49,022 nt of DNA, taken from Candidatus Levyibacteriota bacterium. GTDB taxonomy: Bacteria > Patescibacteriota > Microgenomatia > Levybacterales > UBA12049. The position numbers and the translations under genes were made by a program. Of this stretch, positions 19,270-27,232 are shown one piece after another. The notes under the pieces were generated by a model, which saw only the letters and a list, made by a program, of their open reading frames with translations, ran no database searches and had not been told where the DNA came from. Within the stretch, counting starts at the first letter, position 1. Every line of letters begins with the position of its first letter. The stretch lies in contig JAUSEW010000018.1 of the NCBI GenBank assembly GCA_030651475.1, positions 1 to 49,022 on the forward strand, given 5' to 3'.

Positions 19270-20616
19270 CTAATGGACAAGAAGAAAAAATAATAAGCCA
19301 AAAATAGTTGCGGCAGCTGCACCCATACCCAGAAAAATAACAGATGAGTTTCCAGCTGCAGGCAAGGGAATTTTGGTTGGCGAAGGTATCATTGAAGACG
19401 GAACTGACGTTGGGATTATTGAAATAGTTGATATTGGAATTGACGTTGGATTAGGCACGGAAGTTAATATTGGTGTTGCTGATGGAGTTGCAGATTGATT
19501 GACTTGCGTACCTGATGCGTAGACTACAAATGATTGCTGTATTGTTTTTAAAATTCCAGATTTATCTCTGCTAACTATAGATATAGTATGATTTCCCGGG
19601 GAAAGGGGAGCTGATGGACGATATGTCCAATTTCCGTTTGCATCTGCTTTTACCTCTGTTTGTATTTGCTCATCGGAATGAATTATAATCTGAACTTTTT
19701 CATTAGGAAGAGCATTGCCCTTAAATAGCGGTTTGTTGTCGGTAAAACCTTCATCTTTTTTAGGCGCTAAAATTTGCGGGCTTTGATTAGCGGAAGAAGA
19801 TGATACTAGTTGTGAGGAAAAAGATGGAAAACCAACAGATGTTGCAGATTGCGATTTCGTAGGAGAACTTCCTATTGTAAAATCATAATCATTGGAAAGA
19901 GTTACTGTTGGGATTGGATTAATTTGATCTTTTGATAACAAAACATTTGACCTAAGAGAATCTCCTACTACGAGCAATTTAATAATAGTGTTTTTTTGAA
20001 AAGCAAAATATCCGCTTAAATCCTTATTTAGAAGAGAATTTAAAGGTAGCATATAGCTTCCATCCTGTTTGACAAGAGCAGATATGACTTGTGCATTTTC
20101 CGAAGTTACATAAATTATCGCCTCGCTTGGTATAGTTCCATTAGGCAAAATTATTTTGCCGCTAAGAGGCGTTTGCTGGGAAGGAGATTCATCAATAGCT
20201 CTTGCCGTAAAAGCTTCAAATAAACTGTTGTTGTTTAAGAATGTGTTTTGCCCCGAAAGTATAGAGAAATAATATTTCGTAGAAGGGTTAAGTCCCCTTA
20301 CGGTAATATTGTGTATCCTATGGGGACTAACAGAACCTGTTTGCTGGTCTCTGTTGTCCAAAGCACTTTGTCCTAAATTTTTACTGTCGCCAAAATTAAT
20401 GGAACCGATTACTTGATCTTCTGTTGTGTAAGATACGCTAAATGATGAGTCTTGTATATTGGAAATTCTAACATCAGTTGGAGTTTGGGATGGACCGGCG
20501 CGGCTAATAAAAATTACGCCGCTTTTAACAAGTAACGAAGTTATTATTATGCCGATTCCTATCATTCCAATCCCTAACAATGTAGGTATGCGTTTATTCC
20601 ATATATTATTTTTCAT
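19270..20616 (-). CDS. Surface protein with FN3-like and Ig-like domains, Pro/Thr/Ser linker and C-terminal TM
   Basis: N-terminal TM, PTDVRISNI..SFSVSY..GLNPSTKYYF, ADANGNWTY..LSPGNHTI, LPAAG followed by TM. Confidence 0.7.
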   Translation of the reverse strand: MKNNIWNKRIPTLLGIGMIGIGIIITSLLVKSGVIFISRAGPSQTPTDVRISNIQDSSFSVSYTTEDQVIGSINFGDSKNLGQSALDNRDQQTGSVSPHRIHNITVRGLNPSTKYYFSILSGQNTFLNNNSLFEAFTARAIDESPSQQTPLSGKIILPNGTIPSEAIIYVTSENAQVISALVKQDGSYMLPLNSLLNKDLSGYFAFQKNTIIKLLVVGDSLRSNVLLSKDQINPIPTVTLSNDYDFTIGSSPTKSQSATSVGFPSFSSQLVSSSSANQSPQILAPKKDEGFTDNKPLFKGNALPNEKVQIIIHSDEQIQTEVKADANGNWTYRPSAPLSPGNHTISIVSRDKSGILKTIQQSFVVYASGTQVNQSATPSATPILTSVPNPTSIPISTISIIPTSVPSSMIPSPTKIPLPAAGNSSVIFLGMGAAAATIFGLLFFLLVH

Positions 20617-20876
20617 AATTTTATATTTCCTCCAGATGTTGCTTGTTTGATAGGGATAGGTGTAGGAAGCAGTTCGTAAATCGGGGAAACTCTATCTCTT
20701 TTTTTAAGCTTGTCAATAGTTTTAGTGTCAAAAGTAGGATTTATAGATTTGATATCTACGCTTTGCACTTGCGAAATTGTGGATGTTGCCAAATTATGGT
20801 AAACGCTAAAAGCTATCCAGGAGATAACAATAATAGATGTCAATGTCAAAATCAAAATTATGTCTTTTTGTTTCAT
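20613..20876 (-). CDS. Small TM-anchored protein in the pilNO operon
   Basis: Single N-terminal TM; overlaps the downstream gene, 4 bp from pilO. Confidence 0.6.
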   Translation of the reverse strand: MKQKDIILILTLTSIIVISWIAFSVYHNLATSTISQVQSVDIKSINPTFDTKTIDKLKKRDRVSPIYELLPTPIPIKQATSGGNIKL

Positions 20877-20880
20877 AAAA

Positions 20881-21465
20881 TTATTTTTTGTAAAAAGCCA
20901 TGCCTCTAAGAGTAAAACGCAAAGAAGTATTGCTATCAGTCTGTCTGTTAATTGAAAGAGCTTCTATGTTGATGAGTCTTTGCATATTAGCCAAGGAGCT
21001 AATAAATTTCGAGATGTTGTCATAAGACCCAAATCCCGAAACGGAAAACTCGAAAGAATAATATTTATTATTGATGTTGTTATTCTTAACAAGTTCTACC
21101 TGAAAGTTTTGCAGGCTTTCCAATTGGATATTTGATTGTTTAACAAGAGATTGAATTTCCCCCATAATAAGAGGAATTTGAGAGTCCTGCGGGATTGCAT
21201 TTAAAATAATCGGTATATCATTTTGCAATGTAGAATACTTTTGCTGAAGAATAGAAAGGTTTGAAATTTTTTGCCTAAGACTATTGTCGATAAATTGATT
21301 GTCCTCTAATTCTTTTTGGAGTTTTGCAATTGTAGATAAAGTTGGATTTATGGCAAATAGTCCAAAAAATGACAAAGCAATCAAAGTCAAAATGATTGTC
21401 GTGAATTTCCTAGTATTCTTATTCCCAAAGTTGGGCAAAAGGTTAAAATATTTGTTTATTTCCAT
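20881..21465 (-). CDS. pilO: Type IV pilus assembly protein PilO
   Basis: TM, coiled coil, AIP, GSYDNISKFISSLANMQRLINI signature. Confidence 0.78.
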   Translation of the reverse strand: MEINKYFNLLPNFGNKNTRKFTTIILTLIALSFFGLFAINPTLSTIAKLQKELEDNQFIDNSLRQKISNLSILQQKYSTLQNDIPIILNAIPQDSQIPLIMGEIQSLVKQSNIQLESLQNFQVELVKNNNINNKYYSFEFSVSGFGSYDNISKFISSLANMQRLINIEALSINRQTDSNTSLRFTLRGMAFYKK

Positions 21466-21472
21466 ATTGATA

Positions 21473-22012
21473 TTATTTTTGCTTCAAGGATGCAGTAAGA
21501 CTAACTGCGATAGAACTGCTTAATGGTTTATTTTCTATGTTGCTAATAACAACAGTTTTAATCAAGGGATAATTGGTAAGGGAATTTACAAAAGAACTCA
21601 AAGAGGACGTAGTCTGAACACTCGCATCTATATTAATCCCATTTTTGTTTAGAGTAAGCGAATTAAATGTCATATCTGAAGGAGCAAATCTAATAACGTC
21701 TTGAAAAATCTTAGGCGTAGCATTTTCCGAGTTAGAAAAACTGGAAGCTAGAGATAAACGATCTTGAAGGTTTCGATATTTATCTTCGTTATTCTTCAAT
21801 ATGGCAACTATAGCTTGTTCTTGTTTAATTTTGGAGTGAAGATCGATAAGCTGCCTATCCAAAGAAAATCTGTATATAAATGAAGATAATGCTATTAGTT
21901 CGGTTAGTATCACAAGCAGCCGTCCAACCGTAAGAGCCCAATTTATTACTTTATCTAAAACACCGATCTGTTCATTCCTAAGTAAATTAATAGAAGTAGG
22001 CTTATTCGCCAT
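21473..22012 (-). CDS. pilN: Type IV pilus assembly protein PilN-like
   Basis: SINLL N-terminal motif, TM, coiled coil, ferredoxin-like C-terminus; adjacent to pilO. Confidence 0.7.
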   Translation of the reverse strand: MANKPTSINLLRNEQIGVLDKVINWALTVGRLLVILTELIALSSFIYRFSLDRQLIDLHSKIKQEQAIVAILKNNEDKYRNLQDRLSLASSFSNSENATPKIFQDVIRFAPSDMTFNSLTLNKNGINIDASVQTTSSLSSFVNSLTNYPLIKTVVISNIENKPLSSSIAVSLTASLKQK

Positions 22013-22060
22013 AGTGATTTTAGTCTAGGCGAATTTGAGGTTTTTGTCAAAGATAATTTT

Positions 22061-22348
22061 CTATTTTTTGGATTTTTTAACAGGTTTTTTCGGAGAAATT
22101 GTTGCTTGCCCTTTTTTACTGATTAATTTAGAAAGGCTAGATTTTAGTCTTGCAGCTTTATTTTTATGAATAATGTACTTTTTTACAGCTTTATCTATAA
22201 GTTTAGTAGCTTGAATTATATTTTTTTCCGAAGGATTTTTTCTTCCCTTTTTAATAGCGTCTCTTAAGAGATTTTTTGCTTTTCTATTTTCCAGGGTTCT
22301 TTTTTTATCTTGCCGCAACTTTTTCTTTGCTGATTTTGTTACTGGCAT
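22061..22348 (-). CDS. rpsT: 30S ribosomal protein S20
   Basis: KSAKKKLRQDKKR..IDKAVKKYIIHKNKAARLKSSL. Confidence 0.95.
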   Translation of the reverse strand: MPVTKSAKKKLRQDKKRTLENRKAKNLLRDAIKKGRKNPSEKNIIQATKLIDKAVKKYIIHKNKAARLKSSLSKLISKKGQATISPKKPVKKSKK

Positions 22349-22384
22349 AGGTTTATTTTAGCATGCTATACTATAAAAAACAAT

Positions 22385-24046
22385 ATGCCTACGGATTTTA
22401 TTAAGAGAAGTCTTCGAATTTTGCTTTCCCGCCAAACAAATATTTTGTCTGCGGCGATTGTAATTATGGCAACTATTATTTTTTCCCAACTGCTCGGTTT
22501 AGTTAGGCAAAGACTTCTGGTTAGTATTTTTGGAGCGTCTGACACATTGGGAGTTTATCTTGCTTCATCTCGTCTTCCTGATTTTCTATTCCAATTAACT
22601 ATCGCCGGAGCATTATCGTCGGCATTTATACCAATTTTTTCCAATTATCTGGAAAAAGGAAAAGAAAAAGATGCTTATAGGCTTGGATCGACGTTTCTTA
22701 TGCTAAGCTCAATTGTTTTCTTATTTCTGTCCATAATCCTTTTTATTTTTTCAAAAGAGCTGTCAAGACTCATAGCTCCTGGTTTTTCCCAAGAGCAGAT
22801 AGAACTTATGGCAGGTCTTATGCGAATAATAATAGCAGGAGAGTTTTTATTTATAATTGGGAGTTTTTTGTCTGCAGTTCTCCAGTCGTATAATCATTTT
22901 TTCATTCCGGGAATTGCCGCCGCACTTTATAATTTGGGAATTATTATTGGGATTGTTTTATTAGCGCCTGTACTAGGAATATATTCGGCTGCATTCGGAG
23001 TTGTTCTGGGTGCTTTTATCTTTATTTTGGTTCAGCTGCCGCAAATTAAAGCAGTTGGATTTTCTTTTATGCCATCCTTTTCTATAAAAACAAGCGGAGT
23101 TTTGGACATTTTTAAACTTATGTGGCCAAGAACAATTTCCATAGGAGTTTTTCAATTAGGAACAATTGCTACAGTTACCCTTGTTTCTTTTCTGCAATCC
23201 CCAGGCAGGAATTATGTAATCTTTGATTTCGCACAAACTTTGGCATTTGCTCCGGTTGTTCTTTTTGGTCAGGCTATAGCACAAGCTGCTTTTCCGATCT
23301 TATCAAGAGAAAAAGACAAATTAGAAGATTTTAAAGCAACCTTTTTAACAAGCTTTAACCAAATAATTTATTTAATCATGCCTGTCTCTGTTTTGTTTTT
23401 GGTATTAAGAATTCCGGTTGTAAGATTAATATATGGAGCAGCGCAGTTTGACTGGCAGGCAACAGTACTTACAGGCAGAACTCTTGCTTTTTTTAGTATT
23501 TCTCTTTTTGCCCAAGCTCTTGTTTATCTAGTCTCAAGAGGTTTTTATGCATTGCACGATACAAAAACTCCTCTTATTATCGGAGCAATAACTACAATCC
23601 TTATGATTGGCTTGGGTGCGCTATCTATATTGGTATATCATCAGGGGATAGAAAGTATAGCGATTGCATACTCTATTGCCAGTATTGTTAATTTTTTGGC
23701 GCTTTTTATAATTTTAGATATAAAAGTTGGAGGTTTCCAAAAGCTTACTTTAGTATTATCCTTAATGAAAATTTTCATAGCGACAATTTTTATGGGAATA
23801 GCCCTTTATGTGCCTATCAAGCTTTTGGATCAGTTAGTTTTCGATACTACGAAGACAATTAATCTCTTGTTGCTTACGGGTATATCCAGTACTATAGGTA
23901 TAGGGATATATCTTTTCCTAACGTGGATTTTAAACGTAAAGGAAGCATTTACTTTTCTTCTAATTTTTAGAAAAATCGGAAATTGGAAAGAAATTTTAGG
24001 AAAATCTGAAGAAGTTATAGACGGTACGCAGATAAATAAAATCTAA
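22385..24046 (+). CDS. murJ: Lipid II flippase MurJ/MviN
   Basis: SQLLGLVRQR, RLPD, GALSSAFIP and RGFYALHDTKTP; many TM helices. Confidence 0.92.
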   Translation: MPTDFIKRSLRILLSRQTNILSAAIVIMATIIFSQLLGLVRQRLLVSIFGASDTLGVYLASSRLPDFLFQLTIAGALSSAFIPIFSNYLEKGKEKDAYRLGSTFLMLSSIVFLFLSIILFIFSKELSRLIAPGFSQEQIELMAGLMRIIIAGEFLFIIGSFLSAVLQSYNHFFIPGIAAALYNLGIIIGIVLLAPVLGIYSAAFGVVLGAFIFILVQLPQIKAVGFSFMPSFSIKTSGVLDIFKLMWPRTISIGVFQLGTIATVTLVSFLQSPGRNYVIFDFAQTLAFAPVVLFGQAIAQAAFPILSREKDKLEDFKATFLTSFNQIIYLIMPVSVLFLVLRIPVVRLIYGAAQFDWQATVLTGRTLAFFSISLFAQALVYLVSRGFYALHDTKTPLIIGAITTILMIGLGALSILVYHQGIESIAIAYSIASIVNFLALFIILDIKVGGFQKLTLVLSLMKIFIATIFMGIALYVPIKLLDQLVFDTTKTINLLLLTGISSTIGIGIYLFLTWILNVKEAFTFLLIFRKIGNWKEILGKSEEVIDGTQINKI

Positions 24047-24059
24047 CCCCCAATGCGAC

Positions 24060-24100
24060 TTGACAAAACCATTATTGGTATATACAATGTAATTACAATG
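24060..24100 (+). promoter_or_regulatory. TA-operon promoter with candidate operator
   Basis: TTGACA (24060-65), 17 bp, TACAAT (24083-88); palindrome TGTAATTACA just before ATG 24098. Confidence 0.6.
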
Positions 24101-24355
24101 ATAACGACATTAATTGCGATAGGAAATTCTCGCGGGGTACGTATACCTAAACCACTTATTGCTGAAAGTGGTCTTGGGTATCAGGTTGAATTGAGAGCAA
24201 AAAAGGGTGAGATACGAATTATTGCAGCGCCCATGAAAGATACGTCTGTGGCTGATACGCTATTGTTATCAGAAAAAATACTCGCTCGTGACTGGAATCG
24301 ACCGGAGGAGGACAAAGCATGGGCAAGTTTGCAGCCTTCGGCTCTGAGGCCATGA
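24098..24355 (+). CDS. AbrB/MazE-type antitoxin
   Basis: IGNSRGVRIPK N-terminus and DWNRPEEDKAWASL C-terminus; start moved to 24098. Confidence 0.85.
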   Translation: MITTLIAIGNSRGVRIPKPLIAESGLGYQVELRAKKGEIRIIAAPMKDTSVADTLLLSEKILARDWNRPEEDKAWASLQPSALRP

Positions 24356-24693
24356 GCCTCATCGCTCAGGCTCGAAGAGTAGGTAGTGTTGTTCTCGTTA
24401 CATTCCCATTTTCTAATTTAAAAGGTCAGAAAGTACGCCCGGCGCTTGTTTTGGCAAACGTTGAATTTAATAACCTTATTCTGTGTCAGATTACTTCAAA
24501 GCCGTATACAAGCAAAATATCAATTTGTCTGAAATCGACTGATTTTGCAACAGGCGGCTTACCAATTATCAGTTATGTACGACCGGATAAGCTGTTTACA
24601 GCAGATACGACTATTATAAAAAAGACCGTTGGGAAGTTAACTGCAGCAACTAGGAACACGGTTTTAAAAAATATCCGCTCATTATTTATATAA
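24319..24693 (+). CDS. PemK/MazF-family toxin with a 15-aa N-terminal insertion
   Basis: GSVVLVTFPFS..KVRPALVL..ILCQITS..GGL..SYVRPDKLFT. Confidence 0.88.
   Translation: MGKFAAFGSEAMSLIAQARRVGSVVLVTFPFSNLKGQKVRPALVLANVEFNNLILCQITSKPYTSKISICLKSTDFATGGLPIISYVRPDKLFTADTTIIKKTVGKLTAATRNTVLKNIRSLFI
24334..24378. repeat. 45-bp palindromic REP-like insertion in the mazE/mazF overlap
   Basis: CTTCG...TGAGGC-CATGA-GCCTCA...GCTCAGGCTCGAAG. Confidence 0.75.
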
Positions 24694-24899
24694 AAACTTC
24701 CCATCCCCAAATCTCCAAAAATCAAAAAGCATTTCCAAAAAAATTGCTAAATCAACCTAATCGAAAAAGCCGCATTTTAATTTTAAATAGAACATCTAAA
24801 ACTTAGGGAAGAAAAAAATATTACATAAAGTTATTAAATAAGAAAATAGCAAGATCGAAACAATCTATATTATGAATTTAGGTTAAAGTTTGACTAGGT

Positions 24900-25370
24900 T
24901 TAAATATCCCAAACTCCTCCCTGAATATGAGCGAAACTTAGCGTATTCAGTCCTCGTGATGATAAGATTTGATGCAGTGAAAAGTCATCTGTTAGCACAA
25001 CATAGTTTTGTTTTTTAGCGAGTTCGTAGATAGAGACATCCGTGAAACCTATTTTAGGAAGTAGATCTGTATTTTTTAATAAATCAGGGAGAGAAATATA
25101 ATCATCATTCATTTTATTTAGCTTTGCTATAATAATCTCGAAGTACTCGCTTAGTCCTGGTTCTTTGAGGAAAAAAGATTGATTTGATAATTCTGCAAGA
25201 ATATGAGGAGTAATATGAATAGCAGATTGCATATTAATATAAGTCTTAAGTAGAGTAAAATCATCTTTATTATATTTGGATGTATAGTTACAGCTATTAA
25301 TCATGTCTGGTCGGTAGCTTCCCAATAAATAAAGTATTAGTAGGTTTGTATCCAGTACTAGTTTAACCAT
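24900..25370 (-). CDS. PIN-domain ribonuclease (VapC-like)
   Basis: VLDTN, ILAE, GFTD and VLTDD acidic tetrad; start MVKLVLDTN at 25370. Confidence 0.82.
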   Translation of the reverse strand: MVKLVLDTNLLILYLLGSYRPDMINSCNYTSKYNKDDFTLLKTYINMQSAIHITPHILAELSNQSFFLKEPGLSEYFEIIIAKLNKMNDDYISLPDLLKNTDLLPKIGFTDVSIYELAKKQNYVVLTDDFSLHQILSSRGLNTLSFAHIQGGVWDI

Positions 25371-25680
25371 TTTGGGGCTTAGGATAAGTAATAAATTTAA
25401 TATCCATCGAAATAACATCTCCACTCTTGGCATCAATTTTAAAAGTCTTATAATTCAAAAGCTCCTTTAGTCCTTGTGCTAATAAAACGGGATTATCTGT
25501 TTTACTATATATGCCTAATGTTATAAACCAATATTTTTTATCTTCACTTAAAGATACCTCTTCTAAGGTAATCCTATTTCCTTCTGCGCCTATCACATCA
25601 GTAAAAAAGTTTTTTGCATTAAGCGCTGCTTGTTTAGCGGAAATTATTTCTTCTTTTGCTGATTTATCAAATTTTGTCAT
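25363..25680 (-). CDS. Small hypothetical protein coupled to the PIN gene (PepSY-like beta motif)
   Basis: LEEV..YWFITLG..YKTFKIDAKSGDVISM; 8-bp overlap with the PIN gene. Confidence 0.65.
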   Translation of the reverse strand: MTKFDKSAKEEIISAKQAALNAKNFFTDVIGAEGNRITLEEVSLSEDKKYWFITLGIYSKTDNPVLLAQGLKELLNYKTFKIDAKSGDVISMDIKFITYPKPQNG

Positions 25681-25904
25681 AACAAAATTATACTATCTTT
25701 AGAATATAAATCAATAGAGCGAATTCTTTGTACCATCACTGTTATTCTCTGCTGGGGCTGTTGTTGATTTTCATTTTTCCACATAATTATTCCCGCTAAT
25801 ATAAACATTATTCCCAAAAAGAAAAGTATCGAAATACGAGGGTCTCTTTTTGATATCAGGTAGATTAAAAGAAAAAAAGAGACAATTACTACAATCCATT
25901 TCAT
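25677..25904 (-). CDS. Small two-TM hypothetical protein, possibly truncated
   Basis: Two hydrophobic helices; co-oriented with its neighbours. Confidence 0.4.
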   Translation of the reverse strand: MKWIVVIVSFFLLIYLISKRDPRISILFFLGIMFILAGIIMWKNENQQQPQQRITVMVQRIRSIDLYSKDSIILL

Positions 25905-25916
25905 TTCTCTAAAGGA

Positions 25917-26726
25917 CTAGCGACATAAATTTTCGCAAGGTATACCATCATTATCGCCATCTCTTATGGAACAACCGCAATTATCAAGTTGATAATAAGC
26001 TTCTGCGCATGTTGAAATTTGTGTACAAGTTTTTGCACAGTTGCATGTATAGGGATGAGTTGGTGTAGGAGCAGGAGCGGAAACAATAGCATTCTTATTG
26101 GAGACTAAACCAAATAGCCATTCGAAAAATAAAATAATTTGAGACTTCTTATTTGTAGATGTATCTATAATTGGCGTAGGGGTGGGCGTATCAATAGGCG
26201 TTGAAGTAGGTGTTGGGGCAACCCATGCTGGTACAATAATAGTCCAATACGAGACAGTAGACCAGACATTGTTAATATCCTTTTTAGCGTTTAGATACCA
26301 AGTGCCGGGATAAACATTTTTAAAAGCAAACGAAGGGCTTGTATAGTCTACTAATGGACCGGGATCGCTTCTTGGCACCTTATTTAATGTTACGCTGTAC
26401 CGCGTAGGTGAATTGTCATTTAAAACTATACTAATATCATAAGTCCCGTTTGTATTTGCAAGAGAATTCCAACTCGCATTTATTTTAGGAAATTGAGGAG
26501 GCGGAGGGGGTGGAGGAGGAGCACGATAGCAACCACAAGATGGACTATAAGTGCCATCATTGCAAACATATGTTCCTACTGAACTATCACAATATGCAAC
26601 TCCTCCATGCCATGAGCAACAACCACTAGTAGCTAATGCCTTATTTGTTCCAAATAGAAAAAAAGCAAGTATAAGGGTTAATGTGAGCAGACGTATAAGA
26701 TTTGAAAACGAGATTATTGTCTTCAT
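25917..26726 (-). CDS. Secreted Cys-rich protein with GCCSWHGG motif and C-terminal excalibur Ca-binding domain
   Basis: Signal peptide (ALA), poly-Pro and PTPT linkers, C..ISTCAEAY..RDGDNDGIPCENLC. Confidence 0.78.
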   Translation of the reverse strand: MKTIISFSNLIRLLTLTLILAFFLFGTNKALATSGCCSWHGGVAYCDSSVGTYVCNDGTYSPSCGCYRAPPPPPPPPQFPKINASWNSLANTNGTYDISIVLNDNSPTRYSVTLNKVPRSDPGPLVDYTSPSFAFKNVYPGTWYLNAKKDINNVWSTVSYWTIIVPAWVAPTPTSTPIDTPTPTPIIDTSTNKKSQIILFFEWLFGLVSNKNAIVSAPAPTPTHPYTCNCAKTCTQISTCAEAYYQLDNCGCSIRDGDNDGIPCENLCR

Positions 26727-26830
26727 ATATTCATTTTATGCTACCTATAGTCCCAATATAGCACATGTCAATAAATAAATGCTACAAGGAGAAGCTGGTC
26801 TGTGAGTCCCATTTGTCTTAATCTTTGGCT

Positions 26831-27052
26831 ATGCAAGTTTTATCAGCCACACACAAAAGATTGGGTCAAAGGATTTATCAATTGCGAAAAGATAAGGAAA
26901 TGACACAGGAAGATTTGGCTTTTAAGGTAGGCGTTGACAGGAGCTATATGGGGTTTGTAGAAAGAGGAGAGAAAAACGCTACTGTTAAAATTCTTGCCAG
27001 AATAGCATCTGCTCTTAAAGTTTCTTTATCCGAACTTTTCCGCTCGGTTTAG
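26831..27052 (+). CDS. XRE-family HTH regulator resembling R-M controller (C) proteins
   Basis: LGQRI..LR..MTQEDLA..VDRSYMGFVERGEKN..IASALKVSLSELF. Confidence 0.85.
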   Translation: MQVLSATHKRLGQRIYQLRKDKEMTQEDLAFKVGVDRSYMGFVERGEKNATVKILARIASALKVSLSELFRSV

Positions 27053-27232
27053 ATAAGTTAATTTTTCTGCTATACCCCTCTGCTTTCAAAATGGAAGGGT
27101 ATAATACCTAACGAAGCAATCATTTTCATAATGTTTAGACTATTTTTTTAAGTTAAACCTCACTTTGAAAGCTACGGTAGGCATATACCACTTTTTGCAA
27201 AATGATTGCGTAGTGGTATATAATCTTCAAGC

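Noticed and set aside
24694-24899. A-rich gap between the convergent toxin genes as an ncRNA or pseudogene
   Set aside because: No recognisable structure, ORF remnant or repeat match.
26170-26525. Poly-Pro and PTPT coding repeats (also in the 19270 and 28972 genes)
   Set aside because: Codon-period low-complexity linkers typical of surface proteins, not period-7 arrays.
27158-27184. CCTCACTTTGAAAGCTACGGTAGGCA as a third REP-like family
   Set aside because: Single degenerate copy in the window with weak pairing; cannot be supported here.
24047-27232. Islet as a prophage, IS element or integron
   Set aside because: No integrase, transposase or phage genes, and no convincing attC or terminal repeats; no duplicated murJ end found.
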